A stretch of 64,000 nt of DNA from Chitinophaga pinensis (GCA_945903305.1 CAMDOA010000002.1:54704-118703), one strand, 5' to 3'; numbered from the stretch's first letter, positions 1-10,418 are shown. Notes: generated by a model from the letters alone, not told the origin. A program made the numbers and translations.

Positions 1-701
1 TCAAAGTAAACTTAGGCGATACCGTTGCATTTGTTGGCCCATCAGGAAGTGGAAAAACAACTCTTGTAAAACTATTAGTTGGATTATACCGACCGGTAAA
101 GGGAATCATTTATTACAACCAATCAGAAGGAAGCAAAATAAATTTTGACGATTTACGAAGTCAGATTGGTTTCGTAACGCAGGATAGTCAACTCTTCAGT
201 GGCACCATTCGCGAAAATTTACTTTTCGTAAATCCGGAAGCAAGCGATGCTGATTGTATTGATGTATTGGAAAAATCGGCATGCCAATCACTCATTAACC
301 GCGCTGATAAAGGGTTAGATACTACAATAGGTGAGGGGGGGATGAAAATATCAGGTGGCGAAAAACAACGGCTTTCTATTGCAAGGGCGCTTTTGCGAAA
401 GCCAACCCTTATGGTTTTTGACGAAGCCACTTCGTCACTCGATTCATTAAGTGAATCCGAAATAACAACCACCATAAGAACTATTTCAGAAAAAAAACAA
501 CACATAACTATTTTGATAGCGCATCGGCTATCAACAATCATGCATGCCGACAAAATTTTTGTTTTGGAAAACGGACATATAATTGAATCCGGAAAACATA
601 CTGAGTTACTCGAACTGAAAGGTCTTTATTATGCTATGTGGAGGCAGCAAATAGGAGAGCGGAAAAAATCAATAGAAAACAATTTAATAGCAGTTAATTA
701 A
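1..701 (+). CDS. ABC transporter ATP-binding domain (C-terminal part of a fused permease/ATPase; 5' end outside window)
   Basis: The frame of ORF 267..701 stays open back to nt 3. Walker A VGPSGSGKTT near nt 33-62, signature ISGGEKQR, Walker B LMVFDEATSSLD, H-loop IAHRL. Confidence 0.9.
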   Translation, partial: KVNLGDTVAFVGPSGSGKTTLVKLLVGLYRPVKGIIYYNQSEGSKINFDDLRSQIGFVTQDSQLFSGTIRENLLFVNPEASDADCIDVLEKSACQSLINRADKGLDTTIGEGGMKISGGEKQRLSIARALLRKPTLMVFDEATSSLDSLSESEITTTIRTISEKKQHITILIAHRLSTIMHADKIFVLENGHIIESGKHTELLELKGLYYAMWRQQIGERKKSIENNLIAVN

Positions 702-780
702 TTTGGATTGTAAATAGTTGCGAAGAATTTATTTTTCAGATATTAATCGGGATTGTTTAAATCAGTTTCACTAAAATAAA

Positions 781-809
781 AAACCCATCTGCCTAAGGCA
801 GATGGGTTT
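781..809. terminator. Bidirectional rho-independent terminator between convergent ABC gene and rpsP
   Basis: Perfect 13-bp stem aaacccatctgcc / ggcagatgggttt with a 3-nt loop, flanked by an A-run and a T-run. Confidence 0.8.
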
Positions 810-831
810 TGAAAATTTAAAGAATCAAATT

Positions 832-1263
832 TTATTCTACAGCAGCAGGTGCAGCAGCAGCGGCTTCACCTTTCTTGGTTTTCTTTTTACGGGCAGGTTT
901 CGCTTTTTTAACAGCATCAAGTACTGAGTTTTTATGCGCTTCAGTCCATGCAGCCATTTTAGTGTCAGCAATTTCCTGAGTCAGTACACCTTTTTTTACC
1001 CCGCGGGTTAAGTGTTTCTGAAACATCACTCCCTTGTAAGAAAGTATTCGCCGAACAGTATCGGTAGGCTGAGCACCTTTTTGCATCCAGTCCAATGCCT
1101 TTGCAGCATCAAGAGTAATGGAAGCAGGAATGGTGGTCGGGTTGTAACTACCGATGTTTTCAATAAAGCGGCCATCTCTCGGCGAACGAGAATCGGCGAT
1201 TGTGATGTGATAAAAAGGAGCTTTCTTTCTACCCATCCGTTGTAAACGAATCTTTACAGACAT
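832..1263 (-). CDS. rpsP: 30S ribosomal protein S16 with Lys/Ala-rich C-terminal extension
   Basis: N-terminus [38 protein letters not shown] is the S16 signature. At 143 aa it is longer than the approx 82-aa enterobacterial form. Confidence 0.95.
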   Translation of the reverse strand: MSVKIRLQRMGRKKAPFYHITIADSRSPRDGRFIENIGSYNPTTIPASITLDAAKALDWMQKGAQPTDTVRRILSYKGVMFQKHLTRGVKKGVLTQEIADTKMAAWTEAHKNSVLDAVKKAKPARKKKTKKGEAAAAAPAAVE

Positions 1264-1314
1264 TGCTTTGTGTGGTTAATTTTTAAAAAGTTAATCCCGA
1301 TTTTTTCGGGATCG

Positions 1315-1322
1315 CAAAGATA
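1315..1322 (-). promoter_or_regulatory. Candidate -7 promoter box (TATCTTTG on minus strand) for rpsP, followed by a 5' hairpin at 1294-1312
   Basis: The reverse complement of caaagata is TATCTTTG, matching the Bacteroidota TAnnTTTG consensus. It lies 51 nt upstream of the rpsP start. Stem atcccga/tcgggat lies directly downstream of the box. Confidence 0.4.
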
Positions 1323-1350
1323 TTCGGATAACTATGATAACAAAATGTTT

Positions 1351-1456
1351 TTAGCCTGTAGCGAATTAGAACTGTTAGCAATTAGCATTTAGCTATTAGA
1401 AAAAACTTCCCTTATGAATAAAAAATTGTATTGCCTTATAGCTAATCGCTAACCGC
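1351..1456. repeat. Low-complexity TTAGC-word inverted repeat in the ffh-rpsP spacer
   Basis: ttagc..tagc..ttag..gttagcaattagcatttagctattag faces ttatagctaatcgctaac about 40 nt away. The reverse complement of the second arm (gttagcgattagctataa) matches the first arm. Confidence 0.6.
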
Positions 1457-1499
1457 AAAAAGCTTGACTCATATTTCCTAAATGCTAATACTTAAAAGT

Positions 1500-2828
1500 T
1501 TACCTCGTCGGCATCCCTTTAAACGGCCGCCCCGATGCACTCATTTTGTTAAATGATTTCATCATCTTCTTCATATCATCAAACTGCTTGATAAACTGAT
1601 TAACCTCCTGAATGGTATTTCCGCTTCCATAAGAAAGCCGCTTGCGTCTGTTACCATTTAATACTTCCGGATTTGTTCTTTCTTCAGGTGTCATGGCAAG
1701 AATGATTGCCTCCACTTTTTTGAATGAATCATTATCAAGGTCAATGTCCTTCATGGCTTTTCCCATTCCCGGAATCATGCCCATCAAATCCTTAATGTTG
1801 CCCATCTTCTTAATCTGATTCAGTTGATTTAAAAAATCAGTAAAGTCAAATTGATTCTTACGAATTTTTTTCTGAAGAATTTCTGCCTGCTTCTCATCGT
1901 ATTGTTCCTGTGCCTTTTCAACAAGCGAAACAATATCACCCATTCCTAAAATCCGCTGCGCCATACGATCAGGATGGAACAAATCAATATTCTCCATCTT
2001 CTCACCGGTACCAACAAATTTTATCGGCTTGCTTACTTCATACTTAATAGAGAGCGCAGCACCACCTCTTGTATCTCCATCCAATTTAGTAAGAACAACT
2101 CCATCAAAATTCAATCGCTCATTAAATGCTTTCGATGTATTGATGGCATCTTGCCCGGTCATAGCATCAACCACAAAAAGTGTTTCATCAGGCTTCACCG
2201 AATTTTTGATGGCAGCAATTTCATTCATCATCTGATCGTCAACCGCTAAGCGCCCGGCAGTATCAATGATTACTACATCAAATCCCTTAAGCTTGGCGTT
2301 AGTAACTGCATTTTTCGAAATCTCAACCGGATTATTATTTCCCTCTTCAGTATATACTTCAACACCAATTTGCGAGGCAAGAATTTTTAATTGCTCAATG
2401 GCAGCCGGACGATAAACATCGCACGCAACCAGTAGCACGCTTTTATTTCTTTTTGTTTTTAAATAGTTGGCAAGCTTTGCCGAGAAAGTGGTTTTACCCG
2501 AACCCTGCAAACCCGACATCAATATCACCGATGGATTTCCTTTTAAATTAAGGTCGGCCGTTTTTCCTCCCATTAACGAAGTCAGTTCATCAGCAACTAA
2601 CTTCACCATCAACTGTCCGGGATTAATGGCGTTCAATACTTTTTCGCCGAGTGCTTTTTCTTTTACCGTGTCAGTAAACTCTTTCGCTATTTTGTAATTC
2701 ACATCAGCATCTACAAGAGCGCGTCGAATTTCTTTAACAGTAGCAGCAATATTCAACTCGGTTAATCTGCCTTCACCTTTAATATTTTTAAAAGCACTTT
2801 CGAGTTTCTCACTTAAACTTTCAAACAT
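1500..2828 (-). CDS. ffh: Signal recognition particle protein Ffh
   Basis: 442 aa. N domain, SRP54 GTPase motifs GLQGSGKTT, DTAGR and TKLDGD, and a Met-rich M domain (MGNIKDLMGMIPGMGKAM). Confidence 0.97.
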   Translation of the reverse strand: MFESLSEKLESAFKNIKGEGRLTELNIAATVKEIRRALVDADVNYKIAKEFTDTVKEKALGEKVLNAINPGQLMVKLVADELTSLMGGKTADLNLKGNPSVILMSGLQGSGKTTFSAKLANYLKTKRNKSVLLVACDVYRPAAIEQLKILASQIGVEVYTEEGNNNPVEISKNAVTNAKLKGFDVVIIDTAGRLAVDDQMMNEIAAIKNSVKPDETLFVVDAMTGQDAINTSKAFNERLNFDGVVLTKLDGDTRGGAALSIKYEVSKPIKFVGTGEKMENIDLFHPDRMAQRILGMGDIVSLVEKAQEQYDEKQAEILQKKIRKNQFDFTDFLNQLNQIKKMGNIKDLMGMIPGMGKAMKDIDLDNDSFKKVEAIILAMTPEERTNPEVLNGNRRKRLSYGSGNTIQEVNQFIKQFDDMKKMMKSFNKMSASGRPFKGMPTR

Positions 2829-2895
2829 TAGTTTTTTCTGATTTTAATTCTGATTCGGGGTCGCAAAAAAAATTCATTCTGGGCTATAAACAAAA

Positions 2896-2918
2896 CCGCC
2901 CCGAAATTTTCGGGGCGG
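2896..2918 (-). terminator. Rho-independent terminator after the 199-aa secreted protein gene
   Basis: Palindrome ccgccccgaaa/tttcggggcgg. On the minus strand it is followed by ttttgttt. Confidence 0.7.
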
Positions 2919-2944
2919 CAGGCATTTCGTTATAAATAGTTTTT

Positions 2945-3544
2945 TTACTCAGTAATTTCTTTTAACGAAAATCCACCATCAGCGGTTTTCATTTTAATAA
3001 TGAGCGGATTGTTTACATCATTCAATACATAAAATTCAGCTCCTGATGTTCCGGTTGCCGATTTCGCATGAATCACCTCAATTGATTTCATCACACCATT
3101 TACTTTTATTTCCAATTGCTCAACACCGGCTTTTACTACGCCATCCATTTTTTCGCTTCCGTTTAATGCAAAAGAAGTTTTTCCCTGATTCAATTCACCA
3201 AACATTCCTTTACTTATCCAGAAGAAAGCAACTTCGCCTTTTTGGTCGTCAAATAATTTTGAAGAAATTTTTCTGCCTGAATTATACGACTCCTGTGAAA
3301 AAATTACTTTGCCATAAACAGTTTCCGAAGTTTTCCATTTAAATGAAATAGTAGGTACAATGGTATTCACTATAACAGTTACATCACTAATAACCGATGA
3401 GCTTTGCATGGCATAAACCAGTTTCGAACCGCCTTTAAGATTTAAAGTAGGTGTTTGCGCCTTTAAAGTAAATACGACTGCAAGCACAACTATCAATGCG
3501 CCTAACGAAACAGCAATTGTTTTTGAAAGTGAAAGTGTTTTCAT
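2945..3544 (-). CDS. Hypothetical secreted protein (N-terminal signal/anchor, no recognisable domain)
   Basis: 199-aa ORF with a hydrophobic N-terminus (IAVSLGALIVVLAVVF) and its own terminator. Confidence 0.6.
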   Translation of the reverse strand: MKTLSLSKTIAVSLGALIVVLAVVFTLKAQTPTLNLKGGSKLVYAMQSSSVISDVTVIVNTIVPTISFKWKTSETVYGKVIFSQESYNSGRKISSKLFDDQKGEVAFFWISKGMFGELNQGKTSFALNGSEKMDGVVKAGVEQLEIKVNGVMKSIEVIHAKSATGTSGAEFYVLNDVNNPLIIKMKTADGGFSLKEITE

Positions 3545-3574
3545 TTTTATTTTTATTTTTTGTTGTTTAAAATT

Positions 3575-4441
3575 TCAGCCAAGGTATGATTTTAAAAGTT
3601 TACTTCGGGTAGCTCCGCGCAGTTTTGTTATCGCTTTATCTTTAATTTGTCTTACCCGCTCACGAGTTAAACTAAATCTTTCACCTATATCTTCCAGCGA
3701 CATCGGGTGCTCAACACCAATTCCGAAATATAATTTTATCACATCTTTTTGCCGGTCTGTCAATGTGCTTAACGAACGGTCAATTTCTTTTCGTAACGAA
3801 TCTTTATATTCTAATAAATCATCAGTAGCCACAGCACCCGAATTCGGAATAACATCCAGTAACGAGTTATCTTCTCCTTCAACAAATGGCGCATCAACCG
3901 ATACATGTCGTGCAGCTATTCCCAATGTAGTTTCAACCTCTTCCGTATTTATTTCTAATACTTCAGCTAATTCTTCAGGGCTTGGCTCGCGCTCATACTG
4001 CTGTTCCAATGCCGAGAAAGCCTTGTTAATTTTATTTAATGACCCCACTTTATTCAATGGCAAACGAACAATACGACTCTGTTCAGCCAATGCCTGTAGT
4101 ATTGATTGACGAATCCACCATACTGCATACGATATAAATTTAAAACCACGCGTTTCATCAAAACGCTGACCGGCTTTTATCAAACCTAAGTTCCCTTCAT
4201 TTATCAAATCACTCAACGATAAACCCTGATTCTGATATTGCTTGGCAACCGACACCACAAACCGAAGATTTGCTTTAGTCAATTTTTCAAGGGCTAATTC
4301 ATCGCCTTGTTTTATTTTTTTTGCCAGCACCACTTCTTCTTCAGCTGTTAAGAGATCTACTTTTCCAATTTCCTGAAGATACTTTTCCAGCGATTGGCTC
4401 TCTCGGTTCGTAATCGATTTTGTAATTTTTAGTTGTCTCAT
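3575..4441 (-). CDS. rpoD: Primary RNA polymerase sigma factor (sigma-70/RpoD, short Bacteroidota form)
   Basis: 288 aa. Region 2 ([32 protein letters not shown]), region 3, and region 4 ([38 protein letters not shown]). Confidence 0.93.
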   Translation of the reverse strand: MRQLKITKSITNRESQSLEKYLQEIGKVDLLTAEEEVVLAKKIKQGDELALEKLTKANLRFVVSVAKQYQNQGLSLSDLINEGNLGLIKAGQRFDETRGFKFISYAVWWIRQSILQALAEQSRIVRLPLNKVGSLNKINKAFSALEQQYEREPSPEELAEVLEINTEEVETTLGIAARHVSVDAPFVEGEDNSLLDVIPNSGAVATDDLLEYKDSLRKEIDRSLSTLTDRQKDVIKLYFGIGVEHPMSLEDIGERFSLTRERVRQIKDKAITKLRGATRSKLLKSYLG

Positions 4442-4470
4442 GCAGTAGGGTTTGGTTTGAGCGAAGGCGC

Positions 4471-4478
4471 CAAAAATA
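4471..4478 (-). promoter_or_regulatory. Candidate -7 box (TATTTTTG on minus strand) for rpoD
   Basis: Matches TAnnTTTG and lies 29 nt upstream of the rpoD ATG. Confidence 0.4.
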
Positions 4479-4704
4479 ATGGCTGCATCTATTCATACCT
4501 AATAAATATTTGGCATGAAAAAATAATTTTTCAACTTCGAGAAATTTAAATTTTTTCCTTAAGTTGTCCGAATCATAGAAACCCTGTCATACAATAAAGA
4601 TTTATTGGCGTGAATAATTAAATAACTGAACAATATTGGTCAATGGCTGTGCATTTGCTATTGTTGCACCTCGCTTTTATTAAATTTATAAAGCCGGAAT
4701 TCTG

Positions 4705-7122
4705 ATGAACGATTTTAAAAACTGGGTATTGCAAGGTGGCAGCGAAGAAGAAGTTGATTTTTTGCCCATACTTTCTATTGAAGAAGACAACGACACCAAA
4801 AACCTCGTTGTACCCGATATTATTCCCATTCTTCCGTTGCGCAACACGGTTTTGTTTCCGGGTGTGGTGCTGCCCATTACTGTTGGTCGCGATAAATCAA
4901 TTAAAGCAGTTCGCGAAGCACACAGTGGCGATAAGCTAATTGGTGTGCTCTCGCAGTCCGATGGAAACATTGAAGAGCCGCAATTCAAAGACCTCACACA
5001 AATCGGAACCGTTGCAAAAATTTTAAAGATGCTCCGCATGCCCGATGGAAGCACCACCGTAATTCTTCAGGGTAAATTACGATTCGCCGTTAAAGAACTG
5101 CAAACCGAAGAACCATTCTTCAAAGCATCAGTACAGGTACTAACTGAACCGACACCACCAATTGATAAGGAGTTTGAAGCCATGATTGGGTCTATAAAAG
5201 ATATGGCCGGAAGTGTCATAAAATTGTCGCCGAATATTCCTACAGAAGCAAATGTGATGTTACGCAATATTGATTCACCAAGCTTCCTGGTAAATTTTAT
5301 TGCATCCAATCTCAGTATTGAATTAAAAGAGAAGCAACAGATTCTCGAAGCAAATGATTTGAAAGAGCGTGTGCAGATTGTGTTAAAACACCTGAACACC
5401 GAGATTCAAATGCTCGAACTGAAAAATCAGATACAGTCAAAAGTTCGCACCGATATTGAAAAGCAGCAGCGCGATTATTTTCTGCACCAGCAGATGAAAA
5501 CCATTCAGGAAGAATTGGGTGGCGATTCGTATGATCAGGAAGTAAAAAATTTAAAAGAGCGCGCCACAAAAAAGAAATGGCCGAAGAGTGCATCCGATCA
5601 ATTCGATAAAGAGATTACTAAACTGGGAAGAATGAATCCTGCAGCCGCAGAGTATTCAGTCATCATGAATTACCTCGACTTGCTGCTCGAACTTCCTTGG
5701 GACACCTACACTTCCGATAATTTTGATTTGAAAAATGCCGATAAAATTCTGGATGGTGATCATTATGGTTTGGAAAAAATTAAAGACCGCATTCTCGAAT
5801 ACCTCGCTGTATTGAAATTGAAAGGCGATATGAAATCTCCGATACTTTGTTTCGCCGGACCTCCGGGAGTTGGTAAAACTTCATTGGGAAAATCAATTGC
5901 AAAAGCACTCGGCAGAAAATATGTGCGCATGTCACTCGGTGGTTTGCGTGATGAAGCGGAGATACGCGGTCATCGTAAAACATACATTGGTGCAATGCCT
6001 GGTAGGGTAGTGCAGATGTTAAAAAAATCCGGCTCAAGCAATCCGGTAATTGTGTTGGATGAAATTGATAAAGTCGGAAACGATTTTCGTGGAGATCCAT
6101 CTTCCGCGTTGCTCGAAGTTTTAGATCCGGAACAGAACTCAACTTTCTACGACCAATACACCGAACTCGAACACGATTTAAGTAAAGTGTTATTTATTGC
6201 CACGGCAAATTCGCTCGCCACCATTCAGCCCGCCCTGCGCGATCGAATGGAGATTATAGAAATGAGTGGTTACTCATTGGAAGAGAAAGTGGAAATTGCT
6301 GTTCGTCACTTGTTGCCAAAACAATTTGAAGCACATGGAGTGAAACCCGATCAGGTGAAACTCGATAAGGAAATGCTGAAAAAAATGGTGCAGGATTTCA
6401 CCCGCGAATCAGGTGTGCGCGATTTGGATAGAAAGATTGCATCAGTCATGCGCTGGTCCGCAAAGGAAATTGCAATGGGCAAAAAGAAATTAGGAACCCT
6501 CACCGAAAAAGAAATTGAAAAAATATTAGGCGCTCCTCGTTTCGACAATGAAATTTATAAAGAAGAAATTCCCGCTGGTGTGGCTGTTGGTTTGGCTTGG
6601 ACAAGTGTAGGTGGCGAAATTCTTTACATTGAAACTTTACTCAGCAATGGAAAAGGAAATTTAAAACTTACCGGAAGTTTGGGAGAAGTGATGAAGGAAT
6701 CTGTTTCTACTGCATTAAGTTATTTAAAATCGCACGCAAAAGATTTTAAACTCGAAGCAGATATTTTCGACAAGACAGATATACATGTGCATGTGCCCGA
6801 AGGTGCAATACCAAAGGATGGTCCATCAGCAGGTGTAACAATGCTCACTGCATTAACATCAGCATTCACCAAACGAAGTGTAAAACCTTTCCTCGCCATG
6901 ACAGGTGAAATTACTTTACGCGGAAAAGTTTTGCCTGTAGGTGGAATCAAAGAAAAAATTCTCGCAGCAAAACGCGCAGGCATGAAGGAAGTATTGCTTT
7001 GCAAAATGAATGAAAAGGATATCAAGGAAATCAAACCCGAATACATCAAGGGACTCAAATTTCATTTCGTGAAAACCATGGACGAAGTGTTAAAGATTGC
7101 TTTGCTCAAGAAGGAGAAATAG
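4705..7122 (+). CDS. lon: ATP-dependent Lon protease (LonA)
   Basis: 805 aa. LON N-domain, AAA+ Walker [10 protein letters not shown], Walker [10 protein letters not shown], and protease domain with PKDGPSAG (catalytic Ser) and a downstream Lys. Confidence 0.97.
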   Translation: MNDFKNWVLQGGSEEEVDFLPILSIEEDNDTKNLVVPDIIPILPLRNTVLFPGVVLPITVGRDKSIKAVREAHSGDKLIGVLSQSDGNIEEPQFKDLTQIGTVAKILKMLRMPDGSTTVILQGKLRFAVKELQTEEPFFKASVQVLTEPTPPIDKEFEAMIGSIKDMAGSVIKLSPNIPTEANVMLRNIDSPSFLVNFIASNLSIELKEKQQILEANDLKERVQIVLKHLNTEIQMLELKNQIQSKVRTDIEKQQRDYFLHQQMKTIQEELGGDSYDQEVKNLKERATKKKWPKSASDQFDKEITKLGRMNPAAAEYSVIMNYLDLLLELPWDTYTSDNFDLKNADKILDGDHYGLEKIKDRILEYLAVLKLKGDMKSPILCFAGPPGVGKTSLGKSIAKALGRKYVRMSLGGLRDEAEIRGHRKTYIGAMPGRVVQMLKKSGSSNPVIVLDEIDKVGNDFRGDPSSALLEVLDPEQNSTFYDQYTELEHDLSKVLFIATANSLATIQPALRDRMEIIEMSGYSLEEKVEIAVRHLLPKQFEAHGVKPDQVKLDKEMLKKMVQDFTRESGVRDLDRKIASVMRWSAKEIAMGKKKLGTLTEKEIEKILGAPRFDNEIYKEEIPAGVAVGLAWTSVGGEILYIETLLSNGKGNLKLTGSLGEVMKESVSTALSYLKSHAKDFKLEADIFDKTDIHVHVPEGAIPKDGPSAGVTMLTALTSAFTKRSVKPFLAMTGEITLRGKVLPVGGIKEKILAAKRAGMKEVLLCKMNEKDIKEIKPEYIKGLKFHFVKTMDEVLKIALLKKEK

Positions 7123-7128
7123 ATAATT

Positions 7129-7190
7129 GTCATTCCGACGAAGGAGGAATCTCCAATTTTATTATGAGATGCTTCGTTCCTCAGCATGAC
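7129..7190. repeat. REP-like imperfect palindrome of the GTCATTCYGA...CGAAGGA family
   Basis: Arms gtcattccgacgaaggaggaatctc and gagatgcttcgttcctcagcatgac match at 18 of 25 positions as an inverted repeat. A related element lies at 62671-62750. Confidence 0.65.
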
Positions 7191-7216
7191 AACGGTTAAA
7201 ATATTCAACCAAAAGA

Positions 7217-7245
7217 AAGTCAGACACCATGTCTGACTTTTTTTA
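7217..7245 (+). terminator. Rho-independent terminator of lon
   Basis: Stem aagtcagac / gtctgactt followed by a T-run. Confidence 0.8.
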
Positions 7246-7275
7246 TTTTCACCCCACAAACATTTTAAATAAATC

Positions 7276-9099
7276 ATGATTAAAAACATCCTGTTAATTC
7301 TCTCCCTCTCATTTGTTGTACTTGCTTCGTGTAATTCATCAGCCACACACGATGATGTAAGCAGTCAGGTCGATACTTTTCTTGTAGCTTACAATGCAGA
7401 GTTTCAAAAATTATTGATTGCCGCCAATGAAGGACAGTGGGCGCTCAACACACACATTGTGGAAGGCGATACCATCGCTTCGAAAAATGCAGCTGATGCT
7501 GATGGCGCTTTTGCGAAATATACCGGAAGTAAGGAGGTGATTGAAAAAGTAAAAAAGTTTTTAGAAAGCAAGGATAAATTATCCGACTTGCAAGTTCGAC
7601 AGTTGAATACAATATTATATACTGCCGGAAACACACCTGAAACCGCCGGCGATGTGGTGAAGCAACGAATCGCAGCACAGAACAAACAAACAGAAATGAT
7701 GTATGGTTTTAAGTTTATGATGAATGGTAAAGAAGTAACTCCAAATAACATTCAGGATATTTTGTCAAACTCTACTAACATGAAAGATCGCAATGCTGCA
7801 TGGACTGCATCAAAAGAAGTCGGCAAAGTTTTAAAAGATGGTTTAACCAACCTCCGCGATTTAAGAAACAAAAGTGTGCAGGCGCTCAACTACCAGGATT
7901 TCTTTCAGTACCAGGCAAGTGAGTATGGTTACAGCACCGATGATTTAATTGGTGTTACACGCGGAATGATGAAGGATGTGTGGCCGCTGTATCGCGAGTT
8001 GCATACTTGGGCGCGCTACGAATTGGCAAAAAAATACAAGCAACCTATACCTGATTTTATTCCTGCTGACTGGCTGCCGAATCGCTGGGGACAAGACTGG
8101 ACTTCATTGGTGAATGTCGAAGGTTTGGATATTGACCCTTACTTAAAAGAAAAAGGAGCAGAGTGGATTGTGAAAAAAGGAGAGGAGTACTACATGAGCT
8201 TAGGGTTTGATTCATTGCCTCAAACATTTTATGATAAATCATCATTATATCCGGTTGCTCCCGATGCCGGTTACAAAAAGAACACTCACGCTTCTGCCTG
8301 GCACATGGATAACAACACCGATGTTCGTTCGCTCATGAGTGTTGAACCAAATTCAGAATGGTGGGGAACCGTGTTGCACGAGTTAGGTCACATTTATTAT
8401 TATCAATCATACAGCACCCCGGAAGTGCCAATGATTTTGCGCACCGGAGCAAATCGTGCTTACCATGAGGCAATGGGTTCCATGATGGGTCTGGCTTCTT
8501 TTCAAAAACCATTTCTGGCAGGCTTAGGTATGGTGGATGCGAATGCAAAAACCAATGATACCATGATGCTCTTGAAAGAAGCACTCGATTACATCGTGCA
8601 CATTCCATGGGGAAGCGGAGTAATGACCGAGTTCGAATACAATTTGTATTCAAAGAATTTATCGAAAGATCAGTTTAATACACAATGGTGGGATTTAGTA
8701 AAACGCTACCAGGGAATTGTCCCCCCCTCACAACGCGGAGAAGAATTTTGTGATGCAGCAACCAAGACTCACATCAACGATGATGCTGCGCAGTATTACG
8801 ATTACAGCATGAGCAATGTATTGTTGTTTCAATGGCATGTATATATCGCGAAAAATATTTTACATCAGGAACCAAATGCAACCAATTACTGGGGCAATAA
8901 GGAAGTGGGTGCATTTATTCAGAAATTAATGAAACCCGGCGCAAGTGTGGATTGGAAGGAGCACATGAAAAATTGTGTAGGAGCCGATATGAGTGCGCAA
9001 CCAATGATTGAATATTTCACCCCGCTAATGGCTTACCTTAAAAAAGTAAATGCCAATAGAACTTGCACATTACCCGATCAACCTGATTTTGCGAAATAG
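7276..9099 (+). CDS. M2-family (angiotensin-converting-enzyme-like) zinc metallopeptidase, lipoprotein
   Basis: 607 aa. Lipobox VLASC. Zinc motif HELGHIYYYQSY resembles the ACE HEMGHIQY motif. Downstream EAMGS supplies the third-ligand Glu region. Confidence 0.8.
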   Translation: MIKNILLILSLSFVVLASCNSSATHDDVSSQVDTFLVAYNAEFQKLLIAANEGQWALNTHIVEGDTIASKNAADADGAFAKYTGSKEVIEKVKKFLESKDKLSDLQVRQLNTILYTAGNTPETAGDVVKQRIAAQNKQTEMMYGFKFMMNGKEVTPNNIQDILSNSTNMKDRNAAWTASKEVGKVLKDGLTNLRDLRNKSVQALNYQDFFQYQASEYGYSTDDLIGVTRGMMKDVWPLYRELHTWARYELAKKYKQPIPDFIPADWLPNRWGQDWTSLVNVEGLDIDPYLKEKGAEWIVKKGEEYYMSLGFDSLPQTFYDKSSLYPVAPDAGYKKNTHASAWHMDNNTDVRSLMSVEPNSEWWGTVLHELGHIYYYQSYSTPEVPMILRTGANRAYHEAMGSMMGLASFQKPFLAGLGMVDANAKTNDTMMLLKEALDYIVHIPWGSGVMTEFEYNLYSKNLSKDQFNTQWWDLVKRYQGIVPPSQRGEEFCDAATKTHINDDAAQYYDYSMSNVLLFQWHVYIAKNILHQEPNATNYWGNKEVGAFIQKLMKPGASVDWKEHMKNCVGADMSAQPMIEYFTPLMAYLKKVNANRTCTLPDQPDFAK

Positions 9100-9125
9100 A
9101 TAGTTATAATCGGATTATTGTATGA

Positions 9126-9160
9126 ATGGAGAATTACTTAAGTAGTTCTCCATTTTTTTT
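9126..9160 (+). terminator. Rho-independent terminator of the M2 peptidase gene
   Basis: 13-bp stem atggagaattact / agtagttctccat with one mismatch, followed by T8. Confidence 0.8.
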
Positions 9161-9180
9161 GAAGAAGATAAAATTTCATT

Positions 9181-9188
9181 TACATTCA
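9181..9188 (+). promoter_or_regulatory. Candidate -7 box TACATTCA for bioD
   Basis: Near-consensus box 23 nt upstream of the bioD ATG. Confidence 0.35.
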
Positions 9189-9210
9189 CTCACAACAAAA
9201 CCAGAATGCT

Positions 9211-9831
9211 ATGAACGGAAAAAAATTTGTGATTGCCGGAATAGGAACTGATGTTGGTAAAACAATTTCAGCTGCTGTGTTATGCGATGCATTGAAAGCA
9301 GATTATTGGAAGCCTATACAGGCCGGAAAGTTATTTAATAGCGATAGAGATATAATCACAAAATTAACAGATGGGAGAATTGTCACTCATCCGGAAACTT
9401 ATCCCATGCAGTTTGCAATGTCTCCGTATGCTTCTGCAAAAAGAGAAGGTTTTGTAATTGATGTAAATAAAATAATTCCTCCAACAACAAATAATACATT
9501 ATTAATAGAATTGGCAGGTGGGATTATGGTCCCGTTGACGAAGGATATAATGATGATAGATTTAATAGCAAAATGGAATTACCCGGTCATTCTCATTTCA
9601 AAAAATTATGTCGGAAATATCAATCACACTTTACTTACCTGCATTGCATTAAAGGATAGAAACATTCCAGTTGCTGGAATCATTTTTAACGGCGATATCA
9701 ATGAAGATTCTGAAGCAATTATTATGCAACACAGCGGATTAAAGCTTCTTGGTCATATTGCCGAAATGAATCCGGTTGATTCTGTTTCAATTAAAAAGCA
9801 AGCTGAAGGCTTTAAGAATATTTCGTTGTGA
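9211..9831 (+). CDS. bioD: Dethiobiotin synthase
   Basis: 206 aa. N-terminal P-loop GTDVGKT, then DYWKPIQAG and ELAGG, typical of BioD. Confidence 0.88.
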   Translation: MNGKKFVIAGIGTDVGKTISAAVLCDALKADYWKPIQAGKLFNSDRDIITKLTDGRIVTHPETYPMQFAMSPYASAKREGFVIDVNKIIPPTTNNTLLIELAGGIMVPLTKDIMMIDLIAKWNYPVILISKNYVGNINHTLLTCIALKDRNIPVAGIIFNGDINEDSEAIIMQHSGLKLLGHIAEMNPVDSVSIKKQAEGFKNISL

Positions 9832-9836
9832 ATTAA

Positions 9837-10418
9837 TTATTTCTCGCTCCACTTTAAGTATTCATCATGTAATTCAGATTCGCTGAGCATGGGTATTTTG
9901 TATTTTCCCGCAATGCTTCGTTGTCTATATGCTTCATAAAGTGTAACAGCGCAGGCAACTGAAATATTCAAACTCTCAATCATCCCAACTTGTGGAATTA
10001 AGAAATTCCCTGTGCACATTTCCGAAAGCTCATCAGAAATACCTGAATGTTCATTTCCAAAAACCAGTGCCGTTGATTCTACTAAATTCAAATCATACAA
10101 GTTCTTTGATTGTTCAGTCAGCTTAGTGCCGAAAATATTTTTATACTTTTTCCGAACTTCAATCATGCATTCTTCTACCGAAAAAAACCAGTGAATATCA
10201 ATCCACTTGCTTGCGCTCGACGAACTTTTCTTTCCGAGTTTAGTGTAAGGTCTTTCGATTGTCTGTATAATATAAACTTCTTTAACTCCAACAGAATCGC
10301 AAGTGCGAAGTGCCGCGCTGATGTTGTGCGGGTCATTTACATTTTCAAACACCAGTGTTAAATCAGTTTGCCGTTTTGCAATTACTCTATTGATTTTATT
10401 TTCTCTTTCGGGAGTCAT
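9837..10418 (-). CDS. SpoU/TrmH-family RNA 2'-O-methyltransferase
   Basis: 193 aa. Motifs NVNDPHNISAALRTCD, LVFGNEHSGIS and IPQVGMIESLNISVACAV. Confidence 0.85.
   Translation of the reverse strand: MTPERENKINRVIAKRQTDLTLVFENVNDPHNISAALRTCDSVGVKEVYIIQTIERPYTKLGKKSSSSASKWIDIHWFFSVEECMIEVRKKYKNIFGTKLTEQSKNLYDLNLVESTALVFGNEHSGISDELSEMCTGNFLIPQVGMIESLNISVACAVTLYEAYRQRSIAGKYKIPMLSESELHDEYLKWSEK

Noticed and set aside
4686-7058. Antisense ORFs inside lon (4686..5057, 5067..5399, 5312..5593, 5780..6142, 6720..7058), and similar ones inside ffh, the P-type ATPase, DUF1800 and other genes.
   Set aside because: They are fully embedded opposite well-supported conserved genes, have low-complexity or odd composition, and carry no motifs. 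They look like shadow ORFs.
7062-7346. 94-aa minus-strand ORF spanning the lon-M2 spacer.
   Set aside because: It runs through the REP-like palindrome and the lon terminator and overlaps the starts and ends of two real genes. It is a translation artefact.
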